The notes under the pieces are model-generated. The model made no database searches. It was given only the letters and a program-made list of their open reading frames with translations, and was not told where the DNA came from. Shown in pieces: positions 27,708-37,541 of a DNA stretch of 64,000 nt; position 1 is the stretch's first letter; every line of letters starts with the position of its first letter. Origin of the DNA: Rubripirellula sp. (GTDB lineage Bacteria > Planctomycetota > Planctomycetia > Pirellulales > Pirellulaceae). The stretch covers positions 1,824,001 through 1,888,000 of the forward strand of contig OZ244207.1 in assembly GCA_965216875.1 (NCBI GenBank), in the 5' to 3' direction. The position numbers were made by a program, and so were the translations under genes.

Positions 27708-29846
27708 ATGGAACCGAACGCGCCTGACGGAAATTCACGCCCTAGTGACTCTGCCATTCTCGGCTTGCTTACCCGAGTGGGGATGGCGCTTGGTGTTGTG
27801 GTGGAACCAAGTGACGTCGTGCGCGGCGCGGAAGAGCGCGTCGATGAACAGGATTCGCTCGCTTGGTTTTTCGCTAGCGCCGAGCACGCTGGGATCTTCG
27901 TCAAAGAGGTTGCGTTTTCGGGCGTTGCCGATGCCTACGCCTTTTTGGATGACGGGTATCCGCTGATCGTGGCGCACCGAAGTGGCGACTTCACGATTGT
28001 CGAACCGACTTCGGGGGCGACTTTTGAGCTCACAACGCTAAGTGACGGACTCACGCAAAAGACGGTGCGGGCACGTGGGCTCGGGAACTTGCTCACCGAG
28101 GAGGGGGCACGTGTCTTGGTTGCCAAGCGCGAGCTGGAATGTGAGACGATCGCGTCAGCACTGAACGCGGGTGGCGCTGGCCACGGCGGTCACGAGCATC
28201 TGCCTCCGCTCAAGCGGTTCATTGCACTCCTCGATCTCGATCGCCGCGACATCCTGACCGTCGGTTTGTTTGCGTTTGTCTCCGGTGTGTTGACCTTGGC
28301 GACGCCGCTGGCGGTTGAGGCTCTGGTCAACGTGGTCAGCTGGGGGATCTACCTTCAACCCATCATCGTGCTTGGCGGGATGCTGCTTGCTTGTTTGGCG
28401 ATTGCTGGATTCTTGCGGCTGCTGCAAACGGTTGTGGTTGAATTGGTTCAAAGGCGTCAGTTCGTCCGCATTGTCAGCGACCTTGCGCACCGTTTCCCGA
28501 GAGCGAGCCGACACGGATTGGAAGGTCACTATCCGCGCGAGCTTGCCAACCGCGTCTTCGACATCATGACGATTCAGAAAGCAACCGCCGTGCTGTTGCT
28601 GGACGGTGTTTCGATTGTATTGACGACGGCGATCGGTTTGGTGCTGCTGGCCTTTTATCACCCTTTCCTGTTGGGCTTCGATTTGGTCCTGGTCCTCGCG
28701 ATGATCTCAGTGACCTGGATGCTCGGTCGCGGCGGGATTTCGACAGCAATCGAGGAGTCCATCACGAAATATCGGGTCGCCCATTGGCTGCAGGATGTGC
28801 TCTCGTTTCCGAGTGCGTTCAAGACCGGTGGCGGCGAAGGCTTGGCGATTCAGCGGGCGAATCAACTCACGGCACAGTACCTGCAAGCGCGACGTCGACA
28901 GTTTCGCGTGATCGTACGCCAGGTCGCCTTTGCCATCACCTTGCAGGTGGTCGCATCGACTGTCCTGCTCGCGCTCGGCGGGTGGTTGGTGATCGAGGGG
29001 CAGTTGACCTTGGGCCAATTGGTTGCGAGCGAATTGGTGGTGACGGTGGTTGTGGGAGCGTTCGCGAAGGCCGGCAAGTCTTTGGAAAAGTTTTACGACT
29101 TGATGGCGGGCATCGATAAGGTCGGACATCTCATCGACCTCGTTGTCGATCCACGTCATCGCATCGGCGAACTTGAAGACGCCCCGGTGAATCTGCGGTG
29201 GACGCAACTTGAGTTTTCGAGCAACGTGACCGGTGAAACGGTTGAGCCAAATGAGGTGGAACCAGGCAGCAAGGTGTTGATCACCGGGAGCGATTTAGCC
29301 GGACGCGATGCTCTGACCGAGTCGATTGCCGGTCTGCGAACGCCCGACCGAGGTGTCGTGCAGGTTGGCGAAGTTGACAGCTTGCATGCTGCGACGACCT
29401 ATGGGGGAGCGCTGATTGGATTTGCCGGCACAAACGATGTGTTCCATGCGTCGGTGCGCGAGAACATTGACCTCGGTCGAGCCGGAATTGGATCGGCGAA
29501 GGTTCGCGAAACACTGGCCCGCGTTGGTTTGACCGACACACTGTTGAAGCTGCCCAACGGGTTGGAGGCAAAGCTGCAAACCGGTGGCCATCCGTTGGCC
29601 GAGCATGAAGTGGCACGTCTGATGATTGCGCGTGCGATCATCGGGAATCCCAAGCTATTGGTGATCGATCGCACGCTTGATCGTGTGTCTGATCGTGACC
29701 GCCAACAGATCATTGAGTTATTGACCAACGACGCGGCCCCCTGGACGCTCATTGTGTCGACCGATCGTGATGACCTTGGGAATGAGTTTGACCGAGTCAT
29801 CGAACTGGGACCGAGCCCCGCGATGCCCGAAGGAGCCAAGGCATGA
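27708..29846 (+). CDS. Type I secretion-like ABC transporter (TMD plus degenerate NBD)
   Basis: LATPLAVEALVN, ELANRVFDIMTIQK, GQLTLGQLVASE, ASVRENIDLGR; GGAGAG RBS before ATG 27708. Confidence 0.9.
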   Translation: MEPNAPDGNSRPSDSAILGLLTRVGMALGVVVEPSDVVRGAEERVDEQDSLAWFFASAEHAGIFVKEVAFSGVADAYAFLDDGYPLIVAHRSGDFTIVEPTSGATFELTTLSDGLTQKTVRARGLGNLLTEEGARVLVAKRELECETIASALNAGGAGHGGHEHLPPLKRFIALLDLDRRDILTVGLFAFVSGVLTLATPLAVEALVNVVSWGIYLQPIIVLGGMLLACLAIAGFLRLLQTVVVELVQRRQFVRIVSDLAHRFPRASRHGLEGHYPRELANRVFDIMTIQKATAVLLLDGVSIVLTTAIGLVLLAFYHPFLLGFDLVLVLAMISVTWMLGRGGISTAIEESITKYRVAHWLQDVLSFPSAFKTGGGEGLAIQRANQLTAQYLQARRRQFRVIVRQVAFAITLQVVASTVLLALGGWLVIEGQLTLGQLVASELVVTVVVGAFAKAGKSLEKFYDLMAGIDKVGHLIDLVVDPRHRIGELEDAPVNLRWTQLEFSSNVTGETVEPNEVEPGSKVLITGSDLAGRDALTESIAGLRTPDRGVVQVGEVDSLHAATTYGGALIGFAGTNDVFHASVRENIDLGRAGIGSAKVRETLARVGLTDTLLKLPNGLEAKLQTGGHPLAEHEVARLMIARAIIGNPKLLVIDRTLDRVSDRDRQQIIELLTNDAAPWTLIVSTDRDDLGNEFDRVIELGPSPAMPEGAKA

Positions 29847-31183
29847 TTGAGGATCTTCGAACTGCTGATGAGTTTCCGGCTTTGCAAATGGTGCGAACCG
29901 GCCGTTTCATCAAACAATGTGGCCGCTTGACCTTTGTTGGGCTTGTCTTGACGATCGTTGCGATGGCCTTTGTCCCTTGGCGCCAAACCGCACCCGGCGT
30001 GGGAATGGTGGTTGCACTTGACCCTCAAGAACGCCCTCAACCGGTTCGCAGTCCGTCCAAAGGGGTGATCAGCCACGTCAAGGCAGGGTTGCGCGAAGGT
30101 TCGTTTGTGGCCAAAGGAGAGTTGGTACTGCGTTTGACCCCCTTTGCATCCCAGGGTGTTTCCCAACTGGACACTCAGATTGTTGCGATGGAGTCCAAAG
30201 AGGCAGCGGCGATGTCAAGCCTTGAGGTTGCCAAGCAAGCGGCCACGTTGCAGAAGAGTAGCGGCGAGAACCTTGCCGAGGCACTCAAGCAGGAATTCGA
30301 GGTTGCTCGTGAAAAATGGGAGCAGTCAAAGAACGAAGTGACTTCGCTTGAGGCAGCTCTTGACGACAAACGCAATCAACTTCGAATCGCTGAAGAGGTC
30401 GCCGAACGTGGGCTGGTGTCGAAGGAAGAGCTCTATTCGAAACGCCAAGCCGTTGAGTCGGCCAAGGCGTACGTGCTGAAAGCAGAAAACGCGGTCCAGG
30501 AAGTTTACGCTGCGTTGCTTGCCAAAGAAGATGAGATTGAATCGAAGCGACAGGAGATCGACATCAAGAACCGCAATGCGAACCAGAAGGTTCTTGAGGT
30601 CATGCAGAAGATCAATACGATCGAAAAAGAGATCCTTGATCTTCGCAACAAACGCAACGAGTTGGACCGGCTAGAAATTCACGCACCGCGTGCTGGACGG
30701 ATTCAGCAATGGTTCGGGCTCGAAGGCAGCGATACGGTCAAAGAGGGTGATCAGTTGTTTGTGATCGTTCCTGAAACGGACGAATTGGCGGTCGAAATGA
30801 AGATTAGCGGTAACGACATGCCGTTGGTCAAAGAGGGGGACCGCGTGCGTTTGCAATTTGAAGGTTGGCCGGCCGTTCAGTTTGTTGGCTGGCCTTCCGT
30901 CGCCGTCGGGACGTTTGGCGGAAAGGTCAACCGAGTCTTTCCTACCGACGACGGACGCGGCAACTTTCGGGTGGTTGTTACGCCTGACAACCATTTCGCG
31001 CGCGAGGATGGTTGGCCAGATCAGCAGTTTTTGCGACAGGGAGTCCGAGCCAACGGTTGGGTCCTGCTTCGGCGGGTGCCGCTCGGAAAAGAGATTTGGC
31101 GTCAGCTCAACGGGTTTCCCCCGTCCGTTTCACAGAGCGAGCCGAAGGAGAAGGCGCCCAAGGTGAACCTTCCCAAGAGCTAG
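29843..31183 (+). CDS. HlyD family membrane fusion protein
   Basis: N-terminal TM, VPWRQT, lipoyl-like halves, long coiled coil, VRLQFEGWPAVQFVGWP; ATGA overlap. Confidence 0.92.
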   Translation: MIEDLRTADEFPALQMVRTGRFIKQCGRLTFVGLVLTIVAMAFVPWRQTAPGVGMVVALDPQERPQPVRSPSKGVISHVKAGLREGSFVAKGELVLRLTPFASQGVSQLDTQIVAMESKEAAAMSSLEVAKQAATLQKSSGENLAEALKQEFEVAREKWEQSKNEVTSLEAALDDKRNQLRIAEEVAERGLVSKEELYSKRQAVESAKAYVLKAENAVQEVYAALLAKEDEIESKRQEIDIKNRNANQKVLEVMQKINTIEKEILDLRNKRNELDRLEIHAPRAGRIQQWFGLEGSDTVKEGDQLFVIVPETDELAVEMKISGNDMPLVKEGDRVRLQFEGWPAVQFVGWPSVAVGTFGGKVNRVFPTDDGRGNFRVVVTPDNHFAREDGWPDQQFLRQGVRANGWVLLRRVPLGKEIWRQLNGFPPSVSQSEPKEKAPKVNLPKS

Positions 31184-31214
31184 GATTGGCGGTTGCAATT
31201 GCGATTCCGCTAGG

Positions 31215-31414
31215 CTTCGAAACTGCGTGTTTTAAAACTCTCCCTTGGGAGAGTCGGGCTCTAAGGCCCGGAGAGGGTTTGTATAGCTGGGATGATTCCC
31301 TCCCCGGACTTTGCGTCCGACCCTCCCGCAAGCGGTAGGGTGATTGTTGGAGCACGCGTTAACCTGGGCAAGCACTTTACCTCATGGCACCGTAGCTCCG
31401 ATCCGCGGCACTCG
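31215..31414 (+). repeat. Composite dispersed repeat, copy 1 (REP doublet module A plus hairpin module B)
   Basis: ACTCTCCCTTGGGAGAGTCGGGCTCTAAGGCCCGGAGAGGG...CCCTCCCGCAAGCGG(T/G)AGGGTGA...TTGGAGCACGCGTTAACCTGGGCAAGCAC; matches the copies at 36.2, 37.6 and 56.6 kb. Confidence 0.92.
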
Positions 31415-31551
31415 TGGGCGGTGCGTGCAAGCACACACCCTACGTTCGCTATGGTTTCTCAGCTCACTGATTGTGATTTGGGCGGCAATCTTCATGGATT
31501 TTGTTGCCTTGGTTGGTCGATCCTAGCAGAGTGCGCCGTGACCTTTTAAGG

Positions 31552-33228
31552 ATGACCCTAGCCACGGAATCGGCTGTGATTTCAACTTCCAACGCCCTCT
31601 GCCGGGCGATCATCTGCCTTGCCGCCATCGGTCTGGTTTCGACCGTCCGGCCGCGGGGCTGTGTTGCGCAGACGGCAGAGCTGCCCGCACCCATGCCTGA
31701 GCCAATGCGGGCCGACGAGGGATTGATCGAGGCGCCAGCCGAACCGATCGTTCCGCCGGCGCCGCAGCAGGATACGTTGACGGTTTCGGACGTGGTCGCC
31801 AGCGTCTACCGTTCGTTTCCCGAGATCAATCAAGCTCGGCAAGAGTTCCTGAGGGCCAACGGGCAATTGTTGTCGGCCCACGGCGCGTATGACACGAAAC
31901 TGAAAGCAGGCACACTGTCGGAGCCAACTGGGTTCTATCGCAATTACCGACACGGCATCGGTGCGGCTCGCCAAACATGGTGGGGTGGCAATATCAGCGC
32001 AGGATATCGGCTGGGACGCGGGATCTATCAACCTTGGTATCTCGAACGTGAAACCGAAAAGGGTGGCGAGTTTTCGGTCGCTTGGGTGCAACCGCTGCTG
32101 CAAGGTCGGGCGATTGACCCGCAACGTTTTGCCGTGTTCAACGCTGCTTTGGAACGCCAAGCTGCGGACCCGATTTTGCAGGAAGCGATTCTGCAAACGT
32201 CACGTGAAGCGGTGATCGCCTATTGGAATTGGGTTGCGACCGGAGCGATGCTTCAAGCACAGCGGAGTCTTCTGCAGCTCGCCGAACGCCGAGGCGAGCA
32301 ATACCAGGCCGGGTTTGATGCTGGTAAGTTCGCAGAGATCGATGTGATTTTGAACAACCAATTGATCGCCGAACGGCGCGCGGCTGCGATCGATGCGCGT
32401 CGAGAGTATCTCGAGAGCGGTTTCAAGCTGTCGCTCTATGTCCGCAATGATTCCGGACAACCGATGGTACCCGCCGACGATTGGCTACCCATCGGGTTTC
32501 CGGGCATCGGGCCATTGCCTGAGTTCGATATCGAGGAAGAGGTTTCGGTTGCCCTTGAGCGTCGACCGGAACCCAATCAATTGAGGATTGATCTGCAGCA
32601 ATTGAGGCTGGGCCGCCAACTCGCGCAAAACGACATGTTGCCTCGATTCGATTTTGTCATCGAGGGCTCGCAAGATGTTGGTGACCCAGGAACCTCGTCG
32701 GATGACAAGGGCCGATTTGAGTTGGTCGTGGGTGCGGTCGGTGAAGTTCCGATTCAACGACGCAAGGCTCGCGGTAAGCGGCAAGAGCTTGCAGCAAAGA
32801 TCGTTCAGACATCGGAAAAGCTGCGTTTGCAACGCGACAAGATCAGCGTCGAAGTTCGAACGGCACTGACAAGTCTCGGGCTATCGACGGACGTCGTGCA
32901 GCAGGCCAAAGTGGCATTCGACACCGCGCTGGACACTCTCGATCGATACCGCTTTGCATTCGAACGTGGGAAAATTGACCTGATCTATTTGAACCTGCTC
33001 GAGACGAAAGCCAACGAGGCGGAGATCAAGTTGATCGAGGCACAGCGACTCTGGTTCGAAGAGCTCGCCGACTTCCAAGCGGCCGTCGGACTCGATCCGT
33101 TCGAACAGGCCGGGTTCGTTTCTGAGTTGCCCCCGGCCGAGCAAGTACGCACGGACAACGGTGATCAACCGCGAGACGCGGAAGCGTTAGAGGCCGACTG
33201 GAATCGGCGAATTGGCACTCCTCAATAG
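31552..33228 (+). CDS. TolC family outer membrane efflux protein
   Basis: Signal peptide; GAYDT, QPLLQGRAID, MLPRFD, RFAFERGKIDLIYLNLLE; start uncertain (31501 or 31552). Confidence 0.9.
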   Translation: MTLATESAVISTSNALCRAIICLAAIGLVSTVRPRGCVAQTAELPAPMPEPMRADEGLIEAPAEPIVPPAPQQDTLTVSDVVASVYRSFPEINQARQEFLRANGQLLSAHGAYDTKLKAGTLSEPTGFYRNYRHGIGAARQTWWGGNISAGYRLGRGIYQPWYLERETEKGGEFSVAWVQPLLQGRAIDPQRFAVFNAALERQAADPILQEAILQTSREAVIAYWNWVATGAMLQAQRSLLQLAERRGEQYQAGFDAGKFAEIDVILNNQLIAERRAAAIDARREYLESGFKLSLYVRNDSGQPMVPADDWLPIGFPGIGPLPEFDIEEEVSVALERRPEPNQLRIDLQQLRLGRQLAQNDMLPRFDFVIEGSQDVGDPGTSSDDKGRFELVVGAVGEVPIQRRKARGKRQELAAKIVQTSEKLRLQRDKISVEVRTALTSLGLSTDVVQQAKVAFDTALDTLDRYRFAFERGKIDLIYLNLLETKANEAEIKLIEAQRLWFEELADFQAAVGLDPFEQAGFVSELPPAEQVRTDNGDQPRDAEALEADWNRRIGTPQ

Positions 33229-33257
33229 ACCCGTCGGAATGGTTGGCCGACGGGTCT
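33227..33257. terminator. Hairpin between the convergent tolC-like gene and deaD
   Basis: AGACCCGTCGG-N9-CCGACGGGTCT, perfect 11-bp stem. Confidence 0.65.
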
Positions 33258-33278
33258 TATGGAGCAAGCAGCGACTGG

Positions 33279-35474
33279 CTAGTCGCGTGACCGTTTGTTT
33301 TTCGGCTTAAAACGCTTTTTGCCGCCCGCGTTCTTCTTCTTGTGTTTGGGCTTGCCCTTGCCTTTGTACGGTCGTTCGGAACGTTCGTCGGGGTGGCGAT
33401 CGGGACGAATCTGCAATTGTTTGCCGGAGACCCACGTGCGTTGCAACGTGCGGTAAATGTCTTTGGGCATCCCCTCGGGGAGATCGACCGTGCTGAAGTG
33501 CGGGTAGATCTTGATCGGCCCGATGAACTCGCTTTCGATTCCCGCTTCATTGGCTACCGCACCTACGATGTTTCGTGGTGCCACCCCATCGTTGCGACCG
33601 ACTTCGATGCGGTAGCGCGTCATGCCGGGTTCAGGCGGACCGAGTTTGCGGTGTTGCTTCTTTGAGTCGTTGAATGACTTCTCGCCTTTGCGATTGTGTG
33701 GCCGATCGAAGTCACGATCCTTGCCGCGTTCGCGCGGCTCTTTGGTCTTGGTTGGGCGTTCTTTCAAGAGGAAGGGACGCCCCTTTTGTCCGATGTGGAT
33801 CAACGCGGCAGCGACTGTTTCCATCGACAGTTCGGAGGTCTTGACCTGGTCAATCACCAACTCTTTGAACAGCTGTAAGTCGGTATTCGCAGCCGTCTCG
33901 GTGATCTGTTGCTTGAGTCGTTCGACACGTCGCGCGTTGATCATGTCGGCTGTTGGTGCTTCGACGATTTCGATTGTGCGTTTGGTGGCACGTTCGATGA
34001 TCTTCAACTTTCGACGTTGTGCCGGTGTCAGGAAGATGATCGCGTTGCCTTCGCGTCCCGCACGTCCTGTGCGGCCGATGCGGTGAATGTAGGATTCACT
34101 GTCGTGGGGGAAGTCAAAGTTAAAGACATGACTGACACGTTTGACGTCGAGGCCGCGAGCGGCGACGTCGGTAGCAACCAGAATGTCAAGGTTGCCCGCT
34201 TTGAGTTGTTCGACGGTGCGCTCGCGAACCTTTTGCGGCATATCGCCGTTGAGTGCTGCGGCAGAGAAGCCGTTTCGGCCAAGTTGCTCGGCCAAGCGGA
34301 CGGTCGCGTCTTTGGTTTTTGTGAAAACGATGACACCGTCGATCGGTTCGTGCTCGAGGAATTTGCCGAGGACAAAGGCTTTGTCTTTTGGTGGCACGAT
34401 GACAGCGCGTTGCGTGATCGATTCGGCGGTCATCTGTTTTCGCTTCACGCGCACGGTCGCCGGATCGACAAGGTAGTTGTCAGCGATGTCGCGGATTGGA
34501 CCGGGCATGGTTGCCGACAGCATGGTGACCTGTCGGGTCTCGGGCATTTGGGCGACAACAAATTCGACGTCTTCAAGGAAGCCCATGTTCAACATTTCGT
34601 CGGCTTCATCCAAAACCAGGCACTCGATGTCGTCGAGTTTCAGGTTGCCGCGTTTGATGTGATCAATGACGCGTCCTGGAGTGCCAACGACGACCTGCGA
34701 GCCGCGCTCGAGTGCACGTCGTTGAGGCAAGTAGTCTTGGCCCCCGTAGACGGCCAACACCTCACAGCGTTTTTGCTTGACGGCGTATTTTTCGAAAGCT
34801 TCGGCAACCTGAATGGCCAGCTCGCGAGTCGGCGTCAACACCAACGCCCGGACGCTGCGTTGGTCCATGTCGATCGACGAAAGGATCGGAAGCGCAAAGG
34901 CAGCGGTCTTGCCCGAGCCTGTTTGCGATTGAGCGATGACGTCGCGGCCCTCAAGCATCAAAGGGATCACCTTGGCTTGCACTTCGCTCGGCGCGTCATA
35001 GCCCGCTTTCTTGACCGCTTTGACAAGCTTGGGATGAATGCCCAATCGTTTCCACGGGTTTTCCGTTTCTTCCGCTTCTTGGGTTGCCGCTTCGACGACC
35101 TCGTCCGCCCGTTCCGACTGAATGTCCGCAGGCACCGACGGAACGTCCGCTTCGGTTTCCGAAACGACCGTTGTTTCTTCGGCAGTGGGTTCTTCGTTCA
35201 CAGTCACCTGGACTTCTGTAGGTTGCGGCTGCGCGCCCTCGTCTTCGACCGGCTCGACGACGGTGTCTTCGGCTACAGAGTCGGCATCAACGACTTCTTC
35301 GACGACGACGTCTTCGACAGACGAGACGGCATCGACCAGAGATTGGGTTGGAGGCACTTCTGCGATTGGCTCAGCGTGAGCTTGAGGTGCTTGCTCGGAT
35401 TGGCTGGTCGGTTCGGTCTGAACATCAGCATCCGATTCGACAATGGTGTCGCCTTGGATTTCCATGGATCGCAT
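33279..35474 (-). CDS. deaD: ATP-dependent RNA helicase DeaD/CsdA with acidic N-terminal extension
   Basis: SQTGSGKT, PTRELA, TPGR, DEAD, SAT, ARGLD, HRIGRTGRAG; DbpA-type RNA-binding domain (NIVGAVANEAG). Confidence 0.95.
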   Translation of the reverse strand: MRSMEIQGDTIVESDADVQTEPTSQSEQAPQAHAEPIAEVPPTQSLVDAVSSVEDVVVEEVVDADSVAEDTVVEPVEDEGAQPQPTEVQVTVNEEPTAEETTVVSETEADVPSVPADIQSERADEVVEAATQEAEETENPWKRLGIHPKLVKAVKKAGYDAPSEVQAKVIPLMLEGRDVIAQSQTGSGKTAAFALPILSSIDMDQRSVRALVLTPTRELAIQVAEAFEKYAVKQKRCEVLAVYGGQDYLPQRRALERGSQVVVGTPGRVIDHIKRGNLKLDDIECLVLDEADEMLNMGFLEDVEFVVAQMPETRQVTMLSATMPGPIRDIADNYLVDPATVRVKRKQMTAESITQRAVIVPPKDKAFVLGKFLEHEPIDGVIVFTKTKDATVRLAEQLGRNGFSAAALNGDMPQKVRERTVEQLKAGNLDILVATDVAARGLDVKRVSHVFNFDFPHDSESYIHRIGRTGRAGREGNAIIFLTPAQRRKLKIIERATKRTIEIVEAPTADMINARRVERLKQQITETAANTDLQLFKELVIDQVKTSELSMETVAAALIHIGQKGRPFLLKERPTKTKEPRERGKDRDFDRPHNRKGEKSFNDSKKQHRKLGPPEPGMTRYRIEVGRNDGVAPRNIVGAVANEAGIESEFIGPIKIYPHFSTVDLPEGMPKDIYRTLQRTWVSGKQLQIRPDRHPDERSERPYKGKGKPKHKKKNAGGKKRFKPKNKRSRD

Positions 35475-35787
35475 CTATTGGGCGGTGGTTCTGTTGAGCA
35501 ATTGCGATATCAGGTCCAAGTGGGTGGACGACACCGACCAAGACGCCGACAGTGGCTGGCCGAATTGCCGAGAAACCACGTCAGCAGAGGGGGCGAAAAC
35601 GCTTGATTGCAGATTGTGACGCGTCAGGAAGGATTGGATCCTGCGCGAAGATGGTTCGAGACTAACGCGAATGGCGGGTTTCGGGCAGGGCTTAACTGCC
35701 CAGAATCAGAAAAGGTTTTGCGAGAGGGCCGCAATGTGAGGTTGAGGGCCTTTGCGGTCAGGCTAGGGGGCTGGGGAACGAGCCGGA

Positions 35788-35994
35788 TCACATCGACGGA
35801 ATGTCATAATCGCGGAAACCGTTGCGCGAATTTCCGGCGATACAGCTGCGAAATCCAAAAATCCCGCTGACGAATAGGAAGCCGAGCATGCTCCAACCGT
35901 TGGCATCATGGGCCGTTGCGAAGGAGTAGAAGGCGGCATAGATCGGGCCACAAACCAGCAGAACCGCGAGCAGGTAGAGTTTGAATGTCTTCAA
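35788..35994 (-). CDS. Small 2-TM hypothetical protein (68 aa)
   Basis: GAGGTG RBS just before the TTG; two hydrophobic segments; lies in an otherwise empty region. Confidence 0.6.
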   Translation of the reverse strand: MKTFKLYLLAVLLVCGPIYAAFYSFATAHDANGWSMLGFLFVSGIFGFRSCIAGNSRNGFRDYDIPSM

Positions 35995-36209
35995 GAATCA
36001 CCTCATTGTTGCTTGTTCATTCAGGGCAAGCCTAGGCGTCGCATCGAGGTGGGAGGGGCGCTGGCGGATCGAAAAAGGAGCAGTCGATCCCTGCGGGTGA
36101 CGCTCGGGGTGTGATTGCAACGGTTGTAGCGTTTCGCGTGCTGGCGTCGCTGTGAGCTGCTCGGAGGCAAAGCGCTAGTGCTATAGGCTGCCGTTTTGCA
36201 TCCAACAGA

Positions 36210-36362
36210 CTTCGAAAATGCGCACGTTAACACTCTCCCTTGGGAGAGTCGGGCTCTAAGGCCCGGAGAGGGTTTATTCTTTGATGCGTTTTTCCCTCCC
36301 CGAACTTTGCGTCCGACCCTCCCGCAAGCGGGAGGGTGATTGTTGGAGCTCGCGTTATCCTG
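36210..36362 (+). repeat. Composite dispersed repeat, copy 2 (module B truncated)
   Basis: Near-identical to 31215-31366 apart from the central spacer. Confidence 0.92.
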
Positions 36363-36385
36363 TGATTGAACAGATCGAACCTGCA

Positions 36386-36414
36386 GGGCCCGACGCTAGC
36401 GCGTTCGGCTCACG
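36386..36414 (-). repeat. Short palindromic REP-like unit (CGTGAGCCG...CGGGCCC family)
   Basis: Reverse complement reads CGTGAGCCGAACGCGCTAGCGTCGGGCCC; similar termini at 43541 and 43607. Confidence 0.5.
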
Positions 36415-36518
36415 TGCCAACGCAAACTAGCCTTCATTCGACACCGGACTCCGATACGACTAATTTATTCTTGTGTCAGACGACACCCCGCCTCCCTCTG
36501 CCCACCTTTGGAGTTCAT

Positions 36519-37493
36519 ATGAGTCGCACGCTCAGCAAGGCCTTGTTTGCGTTCGTTTTGGTAGGAACATGCTTGCCCGTCGTTGGTGAAGAGTCGAAGC
36601 CGGTGCGTTTCGAGCAAAGCGAGGGCACGGTCAAGGTTTTTGTGGGTGAAGATCACTTCACTACCTTTGATCATTCCAACTACGACAAGCCGATCCTGTA
36701 TCCGATCCTTGGGCCAGGCCAAATCGGGATGACTCGCAATTGGCCGATGAAGCAGGATGTTGAAGGGGAAGCTCACGATCACCCGCATCACAAGTCGATG
36801 TGGATATCCCATGAAATCTCGGGGGTCGATTTTTGGGCCGAGCGAGGTGGTCGCGTCGAAACGGAGTCGGTTGCAACCGATTTTTCGGGAAGTGGCGACA
36901 ACGCTTTTCGAGCAGCGTCGCGTTGGATCAAGAAGAGCGACGAGTCACAGTTGCTTAGCGATCAAACCGATTATCGATTCGGAGGCAATGATGACAGTCG
37001 CTGGATCGATTGCACCATCACTTACCATGCCAACCGTGGTGAAGTGGTTTTCGACGACACCAAAGAGGGATTGTTTGCAATTCGCACTCACCCCGATTTG
37101 CGTTTGACGCCGCGGCCAAAGGATGGCGTGAAGGAGGTCTTCGGCAAAGCCACAAACAGTGAAGGCATCAGTGGGAAGGCGATCTGGGGCAAGCAGGCGC
37201 GCTGGCTTCTGTACCAAGGTCCCATTGATGGCGAGCCGATGAGTATTGCAATGTATGACCATCCAACGAATCTGCGACACCCGACCACGTGGCATGCTCG
37301 CGATTACGGACTCGTGACGGCAAACCCATTCGGGCTTCACCATTTCCTCGGAAAAGCAAAAGGGGAGGGCGCCTACAAACTTGGCAAAGGCGAGTCCTTG
37401 ACGTTGCGATACCGGGTTGAGTTCTTCAAGGGGCTGGTTTCGGCCGCAGAGGTTGAACGTCGTTTTCGCGACTTCTCGGACTCCAGTCGATAA
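36519..37493 (+). CDS. Secreted DUF6807 / 'PmoA family'-like beta-sandwich protein
   Basis: Signal peptide; KPILYP, DHPHHKSMW, DFW, DTKEG, DHPTN, WHARDYG, ANPFG; GGAG RBS before ATG 36519. Confidence 0.85.
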   Translation: MSRTLSKALFAFVLVGTCLPVVGEESKPVRFEQSEGTVKVFVGEDHFTTFDHSNYDKPILYPILGPGQIGMTRNWPMKQDVEGEAHDHPHHKSMWISHEISGVDFWAERGGRVETESVATDFSGSGDNAFRAASRWIKKSDESQLLSDQTDYRFGGNDDSRWIDCTITYHANRGEVVFDDTKEGLFAIRTHPDLRLTPRPKDGVKEVFGKATNSEGISGKAIWGKQARWLLYQGPIDGEPMSIAMYDHPTNLRHPTTWHARDYGLVTANPFGLHHFLGKAKGEGAYKLGKGESLTLRYRVEFFKGLVSAAEVERRFRDFSDSSR

Positions 37494-37541
37494 GTCGGCC
37501 GCCACGCAAATTCAGGGATGCGGATCTTTGGTTTGCGCTTA

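Noticed and set aside
31347..31414. Module B as a conserved peptide (GARVNLGKHF)
   Set aside because: Some third-position variation is present, but the 37.6-kb copy has an in-frame TAA and the copies share no start codon
33909..35606. 565-aa ORF antisense to deaD
   Set aside because: Shadow ORF mirroring a conserved gene with strong codon bias; no recognisable motifs
36519..37493. Methane monooxygenase PmoA (methanotrophy)
   Set aside because: Soluble secreted protein of the DUF6807-like family; no TM helices and no pmoCB neighbours
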